Source: Bacteroidaceae bacterium
GTDB lineage: Bacteria > Bacillota_I > Bacilli_A > RFN20 > CAG-826
Length of the DNA stretch: 64,000 nt
Assembly (NCBI GenBank): GCA_963624045.1
Contig: CAVFNI010000003.1
Location: 41,022-105,021 of the forward strand
Reading direction: 5' to 3'
A program made the position numbers and the translations under genes. Under the pieces are notes generated by a model, which did not search any database, had not been told where the DNA came from, and worked only from the letters and a program-made list of their open reading frames with translations. Of the stretch, positions 40,871-49,514 are shown piece by piece (within the stretch, counting starts at the first letter, position 1; the number at the start of each line of letters is the position of its first letter).

Positions 40871-42039
40871 GCGAAATCAAGAAAGTGCGGCGTTGTTTGC
40901 GTTGCGGCGCGCCTATACAAAGCGAAGACCCCTTAGACGAAGGCTATCTTTCCCCCGAAACGGCAAAGCTTGAAGGAAGGGAATCCCTTTTGTGTTCATC
41001 TTGCTACAAAGAAGCCAATTGGAACGATAACCCTTCGCGGGAAGAGGTATCGGATGCCCTTTTTTCCATCATCGAATCCGCCAAAGAGGAAAAGGCCCTC
41101 TTCCTTTATATGATTGACGTTTTCTCATTCGAAGCGGCTTTCATCGAGCGGATATCCAGAGCCATTGACGGTGAGAAGATCCTTATCTTAGCCAACAAGC
41201 GCGATTTATTGCCGCCTAATATCGACATAGCCTCCCTCAAGGATTATATCGCCCATCAATTTCACGTTAATGGTATCCATTCGGTGACCGCCGATGATGT
41301 CTTTTTATCTTCCATTAGCCTCAATAGCGACATTTCTTTGATCGTCAAGGAAATGAATAAGCGCCGAAAAAACCATAACGTCTATCTGATTGGCGCCGCC
41401 AAAAGCGGCAAATCGGCGTTCATCAACGCTTTTCTCTTGTCTTATAAAAACGATTCTGGGCGCGCTATCGCAGGCCTTCTTTATAAGCAAAGCGGCATCC
41501 AAGCGATGGAAATACCTCTCGATCGCTCTTCTAGTCTTTTCGATGTCCCCGGCTTCCCTAACGACAATAGCATCTTCGGGCATAAAGAGACGCCCAAGGA
41601 AGCGGTTTTGCCAGACGGCGAGCCCGTGAAGGCGGTCCGTAATCGTTTGGAAAAGAAAGGCAGCCTCTTCATTGGCTTATTGGGCCATCTGGATTATGTC
41701 AAAGGCGAACGCAAAAGCGTTCCGTCGATTTGCTATTTCGCGAAAAAAGTCGATATCAAGAAGATTTTCCCCAAGCGTGACATCAACGCCCTTTTCGACA
41801 AATACATCGAAAAGAAAGTCCTCAAGCCACGTTTGCCTTCCCTTCATTCCAATAAGGATTATGACGCTTTCGAATTCGCTTTCGACAAGAACGAAGTCCG
41901 CGATTTTGGTATCGCCGGCCTAGGATGGGTTAGCGTCGAAGGAAAAGAAGGGGAAGTCTATCATCTTTATGTCCCTAAAGGCATTGGCGCTTATGTTACG
42001 CGCCCTAAAATCGTTCCCGCGAAGAAAAAGGAGAAATAA
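40867..42039 (+). CDS. yqeH: Ribosome biogenesis GTPase YqeH (circularly permuted)
   Basis: 390 aa with an N-terminal zinc finger (CLRCG...CSSC) and permuted G motifs (NKRDL before GAAKSGKSAFIN). Confidence 0.85.
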   Translation: MSEIKKVRRCLRCGAPIQSEDPLDEGYLSPETAKLEGRESLLCSSCYKEANWNDNPSREEVSDALFSIIESAKEEKALFLYMIDVFSFEAAFIERISRAIDGEKILILANKRDLLPPNIDIASLKDYIAHQFHVNGIHSVTADDVFLSSISLNSDISLIVKEMNKRRKNHNVYLIGAAKSGKSAFINAFLLSYKNDSGRAIAGLLYKQSGIQAMEIPLDRSSSLFDVPGFPNDNSIFGHKETPKEAVLPDGEPVKAVRNRLEKKGSLFIGLLGHLDYVKGERKSVPSICYFAKKVDIKKIFPKRDINALFDKYIEKKVLKPRLPSLHSNKDYDAFEFAFDKNEVRDFGIAGLGWVSVEGKEGEVYHLYVPKGIGAYVTRPKIVPAKKKEK

Positions 42040-42338
42040 TGAGCCTATCTACCAAAAACCGCGCTTATTTGCGGAGTTTAGCTAATACCATCTCGCCATC
42101 GCTAATCTTGGGCAAAGGCGAAGCCGATATGAAGTTCCTTGAAGCGGCCGATCATGCCTTAGAGGCCCACGAGCTCATCAAAATAAAGGTTTTGCCTTCC
42201 GCTTCGAAGTCGCCAGACGAATTTTTAGAGGAGCTTTGTTTGCTTCTTAAAGCCGAGCCGGTTAACCGTTTGGGGCGGATATTGACGATTTATCGACCCA
42301 ATGAGAAGAAGAAACAGAAAATCGTTCTGCCTCGTTAA
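42039..42338 (+). CDS. YhbY/CRS1-type RNA-binding protein (YqeI)
   Basis: 99 aa with LRSLANTISPSLILGKGE ... HELIKIKV, the typical CRM domain. Confidence 0.8.
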   Translation: MSLSTKNRAYLRSLANTISPSLILGKGEADMKFLEAADHALEAHELIKIKVLPSASKSPDEFLEELCLLLKAEPVNRLGRILTIYRPNEKKKQKIVLPR

Positions 42339-42343
42339 TTCAT

Positions 42344-43405
42344 ATGGGACTTATCATCTTCGGCGGCAGCTTTGATCCGCTGCATAATGGCCATCTACGA
42401 ATCGCTAGGGCGGCGAAGGAAGAACTTTCCTCGCCCGTCGTTTTCGTTCCGGCCAAAAAGCCACGTTGGAAAGAAACGGAGGAAACCGAAGGCGATCGCC
42501 TAGCGATGTTGGAAGCCGCCATCATGGAAGAAAACGATCCGGCTTTTAGCATTTCTCGTTATGAGCTGGATAAAAACGACGGCGAAATAAGTTATACCAT
42601 CGACACCATCCGCCATTTTCGCTCTATTTACCAATATGAAGAGCTCTTTTTCCTAATGGGCGGCGATGAAGCCAACCGTTTTGGGAAATGGAAAGATGCC
42701 TTGGAATTATCGAGGCTTTGCCATATCGTTTATTCGCCACGTCCAAAAGTCCAAATAGACTTCGAAAACGTTGAAAAATATAACATGCATGGTCTTTCAT
42801 ATAGCGAATCGGGGGAAGTTTCTTCCAATGACGTCCGCTCTCTTCGGAGCGCTGATATTCCTATGTCGGTACTTCGCTATATCGAAGGCCATCGGCTTTA
42901 TTATGTGCGAAAAATCGAATCGTATATCGGCAGAAAACGGACTGACCATAGCCTTTCGGTGGCTCATTTATGCGAAGAGATCATCGAAAGCAACGGACTA
43001 ACTTCATTGAAGGGCAAAGGCTATATCGCCGGCGCCGTCCATGACATTGCCAAACACTTAAACGAAGAAGAGGGGAGAAAGGCGATGCTTAGAAGCTTTC
43101 CTGACATCGATTCATCGAAGATTCCTTCCTTCGCCGTTCATCAATATGCCGGCGTCAGTTTAGCCAAGGAGATTTTCGGCATCTATGATGCTGATATCCT
43201 AGACGCTATATCGGCGCATTGCCTAGCCAAAAAAGAGATGCGGCCTTTGGCGAAAATCCTATATTCGGCCGACAAAATCGAGCCGACGAGGGGATATGAT
43301 TCATCTAAATTAATCGAAGGATGCTTAAAAGATTATATTAAAGGATATGAAGGAGTTCGTCTTGCCAACGAAGAATTCTTAAAGAGCAAAGAGGGAGAAA
43401 AATGA
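42344..43405 (+). CDS. nadD: Fusion of nicotinate-nucleotide adenylyltransferase (NadD) and a YqeK-type HD phosphohydrolase
   Basis: 353 aa. The N-terminal half has GGSFDPLHNGH and ISYTIDT. The C-terminal half has an HD domain (RTDHSLSV ... AVHDIAKH ... SADKIEPTR). Confidence 0.85.
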   Translation: MGLIIFGGSFDPLHNGHLRIARAAKEELSSPVVFVPAKKPRWKETEETEGDRLAMLEAAIMEENDPAFSISRYELDKNDGEISYTIDTIRHFRSIYQYEELFFLMGGDEANRFGKWKDALELSRLCHIVYSPRPKVQIDFENVEKYNMHGLSYSESGEVSSNDVRSLRSADIPMSVLRYIEGHRLYYVRKIESYIGRKRTDHSLSVAHLCEEIIESNGLTSLKGKGYIAGAVHDIAKHLNEEEGRKAMLRSFPDIDSSKIPSFAVHQYAGVSLAKEIFGIYDADILDAISAHCLAKKEMRPLAKILYSADKIEPTRGYDSSKLIEGCLKDYIKGYEGVRLANEEFLKSKEGEK

Positions 43406-43719
43406 ATATAAGCGAAAGAATCATTGCCTTTTTAGAAGAAAAGAAAGCCGATGAGGTGACGGTCATTGATATGGAGGGACGTTCGCCTTTCTTTGATGAA
43501 ATCATCATCGCGACCGTTCCTAGCCTCCGTGCTTTAAGCGCTTATGCCGAAGAAGTGGAGGAAATTCTTGAAACATTGGGCGCTGAACGTCATAAAATCG
43601 AAGGAAACGAAGAATCGGAATGGGTTCTAGTCGACGGCGGGGACTTCGTTCTGCATTTGCTCACCAAAGAGAAGCGCGAGGAGCTTTCCTTAGAGAAGCT
43701 TATTGCAGCATCTAATTAA
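43402..43719 (+). CDS. rsfS: Ribosome silencing factor RsfS
   Basis: 105 aa with the RsfS pattern (FFDEIIIATVPSLRALSAYAEEV ... WVLVDGGDFVLHL). It is last in the yqe cluster. Confidence 0.9.
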   Translation: MNISERIIAFLEEKKADEVTVIDMEGRSPFFDEIIIATVPSLRALSAYAEEVEEILETLGAERHKIEGNEESEWVLVDGGDFVLHLLTKEKREELSLEKLIAASN

Positions 43720-43734
43720 TTTTATGCGATTTGT

Positions 43735-43763
43735 AAAGGATGGCTAACGGCCATCCTTTTTTT
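43735..43763 (+). terminator. Strong rho-independent terminator after rsfS
   Basis: A perfect 10-bp stem, AAAGGATGGC / GCCATCCTTT, with a 5-nt loop; the T-run continues as TTTT. Confidence 0.85.
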
Positions 43764-43969
43764 CTTCCTGATTGCGCTATTTATATTCGATCAAAAAAGA
43801 CAACGAAAATACATTGACGTATTTTTCTCATTTTATCATAAAGAGGCATTGAGATATTGAAACTTCATTCAGCAAGAAGCGGTGCATAAGAGATAATGAA
43901 TCTAAATATAGATTTTATAAAACTACCAATTATTTTTTTGGCACCGCTGATTTATATAATTTTACAATA

Positions 43970-43997
43970 ACTTCGTATAATGTCCATTATGTTAACT
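43970..43997. other. dif: dif-like XerC/XerD chromosome dimer resolution site
   Basis: ACTTCGTATAA-TGTCCA-TTATGTTAACT. Against B. subtilis dif (ACTTCCTAGAA-TATATA-TTATGTAAACT) the arms match 9/11 and 10/11. Against the E. coli dif XerD arm (TTATGTTAAAT) the match is 10/11. It lies in the convergent, AT-rich gap where coding-strand polarity flips. Confidence 0.7.
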
Positions 43998-44323
43998 AAA
44001 ATTAAATAAAAAGCGATTATTACGAAATTTTATTTTTTATAATTCATTGAATTTTTACATTATTAATAGTAATTAACATAGATTTTGCACATTTTTTAAA
44101 ACTACTAATTTTCGACTTATTTTTATTTTTGTCTCAAGGAATATTCTTTTGATCTAATTCATTCGGAAAAGAATCTAAATATCGATGGCACAATTTTATA
44201 TTTGCTTAATTCATTGCTTTTATTGACTTAATATAAGCGCATCAAATTACCAGATTAATCACTTCCATAAACAAATTCTAAAAGGATTTTTAGGTATGTA
44301 TCATTTCAATTTATTCTTTACAA

Positions 44324-45148
44324 TTAATTGTTTATTTTTTTGTGGACCGCTTTCGAGATCGCCAGATTTATTAAATCAATGAGCAAAACAAACAAGACGG
44401 CGATGAGAGAATAAGCCATCGCCAGATTCAAATCAGCTTTTTCTTGGATCGATTTACCGATAAGCGTTCCAAGCCCCATCGCCGTAACCGTCCCCGAATT
44501 GGTCACGATCTCACTCATGATGGTCACCTTTAAAGAAAGCCCGAAAGCCTGCTTTAACGACATCAGAATGAATTCTTGGGAATCGGGCCAATAGACATTA
44601 AAAATTGTAAAGATTTTCTTTTCTGCCCCTTCTAGCCTTAAAGCGTCTTTCTCCTCCTTCGAAATGGCGGATATGCCATCAAGGAAGGCTTGGTAGAAAA
44701 TCGGAAAGGCGATTAAAAAAGAAAGAATCGACGGAATAAAGGGTTGTAAAGCCGGTATTTCTAGCCAAAACGCCGTGCCTAAGATCATGGCGATCCCGGC
44801 CGTCGGAACGCTTCTAAAAAGGATGACATGGCTTCGTTCGAAGGCTTCGAACAAAGGAAAAATGGCCGCCAACGTGCCTAGAATGGCCGCCAAAAGGAAA
44901 GAGATTACGAAGCCGATTGTGAGTTTTAAAAGGCTATATCCGAGGGCTATGAAGGTTTTTCTTGCATCATCGGCGAAAAGCAATGACCACGTTTTCGACA
45001 AAATCGTCGATGGCGATGGCAAATAATGAAGGTCATTGGCTTTTAGGGCGATCGATAATACCCACCAGAGCAGGATCACGAAAAAGAAACCCAAGAGAAA
45101 AGCGAGCGCTTTCTCGATTGGATTCCCCTTCTTTTTCATTTTATTCAA
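44324..45148 (-). CDS. ABC transporter permease (binding-protein-dependent inner membrane component)
   Basis: 274 aa, about 6 TM segments, and an EAA-like loop (ISKEEKDALRLEGAEKKIFTIFNVYWP). Confidence 0.8.
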   Translation of the reverse strand: MNKMKKKGNPIEKALAFLLGFFFVILLWWVLSIALKANDLHYLPSPSTILSKTWSLLFADDARKTFIALGYSLLKLTIGFVISFLLAAILGTLAAIFPLFEAFERSHVILFRSVPTAGIAMILGTAFWLEIPALQPFIPSILSFLIAFPIFYQAFLDGISAISKEEKDALRLEGAEKKIFTIFNVYWPDSQEFILMSLKQAFGLSLKVTIMSEIVTNSGTVTAMGLGTLIGKSIQEKADLNLAMAYSLIAVLFVLLIDLINLAISKAVHKKINN

Positions 45149-46169
45149 GGAATTGTTCGGCGCTAAAGGAAACGCTTTCGCCGACCTTGCTCATGAAATC
45201 GTTCACGAAAGAACGGTTGTCGGTTATCGTCCCTGGTTTGACGATCCCGAAACGATTGGCGCCGTCTTTTTGCAAGGCGCCGATTAAAGCCGCTTTGAAA
45301 CCGAGTTTGTCGGTTTGCTTTTCTTCCGAGGGCTCAAGTTCGTTTAATTTCTTTACAATTTCCGATGGATTATCGACGGCATCGGTAAGGTTCTGATCAA
45401 TTTCTTTTAGGAGAACGTCGAAGGATGAACGTTTGTTTTCATAAGAATCGGGATTAACAAATAATCCCGCTTGCGGAATGTAATCCATTTTGGAATATGC
45501 GGCCCATTCAGTCCGAAGGTTATATATTTCATTGATTGTCACTTCGGGGTGGGAGGTTTTTAAAGTCGCCTTGGCGGCTTGTAGGCTCGGCTCGGCGATG
45601 AAATAATAGTCATACGAAGCATAAGCGTCGCTAGCGAGAATGGCGGAAACCTGAGCCGTGCCAGTTTGGTAATTGATATTCTCGTCGGCGATATCCCATT
45701 CCCATTTTTTATTAGTTAATTCGCGAAAGACCTTATCGGGCAACAAACCATTCCCGAATGAACATATTTTCGAGTTTGTATCGAATGTTTCTTCTTTCGT
45801 GTGCTTGGTGGAAACAATGAAGAAATTTCCTCCGGTTAGCCATCTGGCCAACTTCCATTTCGTCTGCGTTTGCCCTCCCTTGACGAATTTAAGGGCATTG
45901 ACGCCGTCAAAAACGATGGCATCGACGTTGGTGGATTGCTTGACGGCAAGAGCGACTTGCGTGGCATCTTTGTTCGTCACGAAGGATTCGTCGTTGATAT
46001 GCGTATATAAGGAAATGGCGGGCGCTCCCGCGGGCGAGGCGATTTTTAAGGACGGATCGGTGATTGAACTATCCGAAGAAGAGCTATCGCTACTAGATGA
46101 CGAAGGATTCGAGCAAGCGGACAACGACGCCAAGATGGCGATTGTGCCTAAGAATAATTTTTTATGCAT
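45141..46169 (-). CDS. Lipoprotein, putative ABC substrate-binding protein
   Basis: 342 aa with a signal peptide and lipobox (ILASLSAC) followed by a Ser-rich linker. It overlaps the permease start by 8 nt. The ligand is unknown. Confidence 0.65.
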   Translation of the reverse strand: MHKKLFLGTIAILASLSACSNPSSSSSDSSSSDSSITDPSLKIASPAGAPAISLYTHINDESFVTNKDATQVALAVKQSTNVDAIVFDGVNALKFVKGGQTQTKWKLARWLTGGNFFIVSTKHTKEETFDTNSKICSFGNGLLPDKVFRELTNKKWEWDIADENINYQTGTAQVSAILASDAYASYDYYFIAEPSLQAAKATLKTSHPEVTINEIYNLRTEWAAYSKMDYIPQAGLFVNPDSYENKRSSFDVLLKEIDQNLTDAVDNPSEIVKKLNELEPSEEKQTDKLGFKAALIGALQKDGANRFGIVKPGTITDNRSFVNDFMSKVGESVSFSAEQFLE

Positions 46170-46178
46170 TTTTGTCTC

Positions 46179-47378
46179 CTATTCCAGTATTTCATCGATC
46201 GGCGTTCCGATTAAATGGGCGTCTTTCGTTAACGAGAAATTCTTGATGATCGTAGCGCCTATATCGGCGAAGGAGGCGCGTTCATCGAGCAAACGTCCGT
46301 TTTCAATCGATTTTGAATAGGCGAGCAACGGCACCTTTTCTCTGGTATGATCGCTGCCTTTGAAGGTCGGATCGTTGCCATGGTCGGCGGTGACGAGCAA
46401 CAAATCGTCTTCGCGCATTTCTTCCATCATTTCGCCAAGCCTTTCATCGAAGTCCATCAAGGCTTTGGCATAGCCTGGCGCGTTGCGGCGATGCCCGTAT
46501 TCGCTATCGAATTCGACGAGGTTAACGAAACATAGTCCGATCCAGTCCTCGTTTTTAAGCTGTCCAATCGTTTTGTCCATCCCGTCCATATTAGAGACGG
46601 TGTGAACGGTTTTGCTGACGCCAGCGCCATTGAAGATATCGGCTATCTTGCCTATGCAACTGGTCATGAAGCCAGCGTCTTTAAGGATATCCATATCCGT
46701 CTTGGTTGGTGGCTTAAGCGCATAATCGTGACGATTGGGTGTGCGTTTGAAATTGTCTTTGGAAGTTCCGATGAAAGGCCTGGCGATGACCCTGCCAACG
46801 CGCCATTCTTCTTTCATACAGATTTCGCGGGCGATTTCGCAAGCGCGGTAAAGCTCTTCGAGGCCTGTGACCTCCTCATGGGCGGCGATTTGCAAGACGC
46901 TATCGGCGGAAGTATAGACGATAAGGCTATTTTCGCGCATCTGACGCTCACCTAATTCTTTTAAGATTTCAGTGCCGCTGGCGGCGCAATTGCCGATTAT
47001 CTTATGGCCGGTTCTCCGTTCTAATTCGTCGATTAATTCTTTAGGAAAGCCTGTGTCGGTGAAGGACTTAAAGGGCGAGGTGGTAAGAATCCCCATCATC
47101 TCCCAATGCCCGGTCATCGTGTCTTTGCCATTGCTTTTTTCTCTTAAGCGCATCGCGAAGGCATGTTTGCTTCCCAAAAGAGGCCTGACCCCTTTGATGT
47201 CATCCAATAGACCGATTCCCAATTTCTCCATGTTCGGAACACGGAAGGCGGGAACGCTTGCGGCAGCGTGGCTCCAGGTATTGGCTCCGACATCACCATA
47301 TTCGGCGGCGTCCGGCTCTTCGCCGATGCCAGCGCTATCGGCCACGATGAGGAAGATCCTTTTGAAACGATAATCCAT
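46179..47378 (-). CDS. deoB: Phosphopentomutase
   Basis: 399 aa from the ATG at 47378, with a GGGAGG SD. It has MDYRFKRIFLIVADSAGIG, and metal-site motifs (VTADHGNDPT, HTRE). Confidence 0.93.
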   Translation of the reverse strand: MDYRFKRIFLIVADSAGIGEEPDAAEYGDVGANTWSHAAASVPAFRVPNMEKLGIGLLDDIKGVRPLLGSKHAFAMRLREKSNGKDTMTGHWEMMGILTTSPFKSFTDTGFPKELIDELERRTGHKIIGNCAASGTEILKELGERQMRENSLIVYTSADSVLQIAAHEEVTGLEELYRACEIAREICMKEEWRVGRVIARPFIGTSKDNFKRTPNRHDYALKPPTKTDMDILKDAGFMTSCIGKIADIFNGAGVSKTVHTVSNMDGMDKTIGQLKNEDWIGLCFVNLVEFDSEYGHRRNAPGYAKALMDFDERLGEMMEEMREDDLLLVTADHGNDPTFKGSDHTREKVPLLAYSKSIENGRLLDERASFADIGATIIKNFSLTKDAHLIGTPIDEILE

Positions 47379-47403
47379 ATTTTTTCCTCCCGTAGATTCT
47401 ACT

Positions 47404-48294
47404 TTATTTGCCTTTGTTATACAAATCATATGCGCTGATGATGCGGTTAAGGGAAACTTCGGTATAAATCTGCGTGGTGGTTATTTTGCTGTGCCCTAAA
47501 AGCTCTTGCACGCTCCTAAGGTCAGCCCCTTTCTCCAACAGATGGGTGGCGAAGCTATGTCTTAAGGCGTGCGGCGAAATCGGCTTATCGATATAGGCCA
47601 TCGTGGCGTATTTTTTGACCATTTTGAAGAAATAGACGCGCGAAAGCCTTTCGCCTCGGTGGTTTAAAAAGAGATACGGGGAGGAAGAGCCTTTGTTTCT
47701 TTTTCTGGCTCCGTCGATGTATTTTTGAAGGTATTTGTCCGCGAAGGAGGAATAAGGGACGACCCTTTCCTTATCGCCTTTGCCTCGGACGTCGATATAG
47801 CGATTGGCAAAATCGAAGTCCTTGAAGCGAAGGGAAAGGAGTTCGCTGACACGGAGGCCGCTGGCGTAGATAAGTTCTAACATCGCTTTGTCCCTCATCC
47901 CCGCATCGGTCGATAGGTCGGGGGCTTCTAAAAGGTCTTCGACCTCCTCTTTGCTAAGGACGTTGGGGATTTTCTTCGAATGACGAGGCTTCTCGTAATC
48001 TGGTAATTCCCCTTGATAATATCCTTCGTTCTGCAAGAACCTATAAAAGCCTAGAAGCGAGGAGGCGCGCCGCAAAATCGTGGAGGAGGCCCTCTCTTTA
48101 TCGTCTTCGTTTAAAAGAAAAGAGATCAGCATCTCTTTGGTCAGGTCGCTGCTGTTATGCAATTGACCGCGATGGAAAGACAAAAAAAGCTTGAGATCCT
48201 CTTTATAGCTCTCGATCGTGAGGGGGGATGAGCCGTCTTCGACCCGCTTGGCCCCGAGATATAAGCTCACGGCTTTATCGATTGCGATGTCCAT
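47404..48294 (-). CDS. xerD: Tyrosine recombinase XerD-like (XerC versus XerD not resolvable by eye)
   Basis: 296 aa with an N-terminal SAM-like core-binding domain, catalytic R...HALRHSFATHLL...LGHSKITTTQIYT. It lies 3.4 kb from the dif-like site. Confidence 0.85.
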   Translation of the reverse strand: MDIAIDKAVSLYLGAKRVEDGSSPLTIESYKEDLKLFLSFHRGQLHNSSDLTKEMLISFLLNEDDKERASSTILRRASSLLGFYRFLQNEGYYQGELPDYEKPRHSKKIPNVLSKEEVEDLLEAPDLSTDAGMRDKAMLELIYASGLRVSELLSLRFKDFDFANRYIDVRGKGDKERVVPYSSFADKYLQKYIDGARKRNKGSSSPYLFLNHRGERLSRVYFFKMVKKYATMAYIDKPISPHALRHSFATHLLEKGADLRSVQELLGHSKITTTQIYTEVSLNRIISAYDLYNKGK

Positions 48295-49495
48295 CTTTCT
48301 TATCCCCTTTCTTTTGGCTGGCGATGCTAAGGCTAGGCTTTTTTAACCGCCTATTCAGCTCGTTGACCAAAAGCTTGGTGCGATCGAGCTTTTCGTATTC
48401 CTGATAATTCCAAAGGCTCATTTGCAACGTCTCTTTATACGGATCGACTAAAGAGGAAAGGGAAACGCCGACCAAACGGAGTTCCTTTCCCAAAAAATTA
48501 TTCTCATACAGGTTCAAGGCCGTTTTGATAATCGTCGCCTCTTCTTCGCTAGCTTCGGGCAAAGTGAGGCTGCGGGTGAAGGAACGGAAGGAGCTATCTT
48601 TGACGGAAAGGATCACTGTTTTAGCCCTTTTGCGGTCGCCTTTAAGGGCGATGACGCTCCTATGGGCAAGTTCTTTGATCTTGTCCTTAATCATCGTTTC
48701 CTCATCGGTGTCGTAAGGGAAGGTTTCGCTATGGCCGACGCTTTTGGGGTCGGCGGGAGCTACATCGACGGTGGAATCGCTTTGGCCTAGAAGGTCTTTG
48801 CGGATCTCCTCGCTAAATTTGCCAAACCTCCTTTTGCCCCATTCTTCGTCGGCGAAGATCATCTTCGCCAAATCGCCGATGGTGAGGATTCCTTCCTTTT
48901 CAAGCGCGGCGGCGCCTTTTTTTCCGATTCCATAAAAAGAGGAAACGGGCAACGGATAGAGAATTTTCGAGATATCCTTCTTCCTGATGATGGTGATGCC
49001 CATCGGCTTTTTCATGTCGCTGCCCATCTTGGCTAAGAATTTGGTGGGCGCCACCCCTAGCGAGCTTTTTAATCCTATTTCCTGATATAAACCCTCTTGG
49101 ATTCGGCGTAGGTAATCAAGCGGGTCGGAAGCGCTTTTGATGCCTTTGGTGATATCAACATAGCCTTCATCGATCGAAAGAGGCTCGATCAGTTGGCTCC
49201 ATTTGGCGAGATAAGCGAAAAAAGAACGGGACAACATGGCGTAATAAGGGAAATCGCAAGGCAAGAAATGCCCTTTCGGGCAAAGCCTTTTCGCTTCCAC
49301 GATCGGCATGGCGCTTTTGACGCCAAAGGCGCGCGCCGAATAGGAGCAGGTCGAAACGACGCCGCGAAAGCTTTCCCCGCCGACGATGATCGGTTCCTCT
49401 CCCCATTCGGGGTGGCGCAAGGATTCCGCCGTGGCGAAGAAGGCGTTCAAATCGATGTGCAGAATGACCTTACCCATATAGGGTAATGATAGCAT
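48275..49495 (-). CDS. dinB: DNA polymerase IV (Y-family)
   Basis: 406 aa with ILHIDLNAFFATAE, SIDEGYVD and little-finger region. An alternative start is at 49477. Its 3' end overlaps the xerD start by 20 nt. Confidence 0.88.
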   Translation of the reverse strand: MLSLPYMGKVILHIDLNAFFATAESLRHPEWGEEPIIVGGESFRGVVSTCSYSARAFGVKSAMPIVEAKRLCPKGHFLPCDFPYYAMLSRSFFAYLAKWSQLIEPLSIDEGYVDITKGIKSASDPLDYLRRIQEGLYQEIGLKSSLGVAPTKFLAKMGSDMKKPMGITIIRKKDISKILYPLPVSSFYGIGKKGAAALEKEGILTIGDLAKMIFADEEWGKRRFGKFSEEIRKDLLGQSDSTVDVAPADPKSVGHSETFPYDTDEETMIKDKIKELAHRSVIALKGDRKRAKTVILSVKDSSFRSFTRSLTLPEASEEEATIIKTALNLYENNFLGKELRLVGVSLSSLVDPYKETLQMSLWNYQEYEKLDRTKLLVNELNRRLKKPSLSIASQKKGDKKDGHRNR

Positions 49496-49514
49496 TTTCT
49501 CTTGGAAAAAATCT

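Noticed and set aside
44083-44091. DnaA-box-like TTTTGCACA in the AT-rich gap, raising the idea of a replication origin.
   Set aside because: It is a single box only, and there is no dnaA/dnaN nearby. Genes converge on the gap rather than diverge from it, which is the signature of a terminus and not an origin.
44261-44288. A second dif-like half-site, ACTTCCATAAA, about 290 bp right of dif. This could hint at an element integrated by Xer recombination (IMEX) bounded by two dif copies.
   Set aside because: Only the XerC-arm-like 11-mer matches, at about 8/11. The expected XerD arm (CTAAAAGGATT against TTATGTWAACT) does not match. The intervening ~270 bp holds no gene. This is too weak to call and is mentioned only for follow-up.
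43764-44323. Possible CRISPR array or tRNA/ncRNA gene in the ORF-free AT-rich gap.
   Set aside because: The repeats are 9-12 nt, irregularly spaced and imperfectly flanked, unlike a 24-48-nt repeat/spacer periodicity. I saw no cloverleaf-compatible GC-rich stems and no known riboswitch signature.
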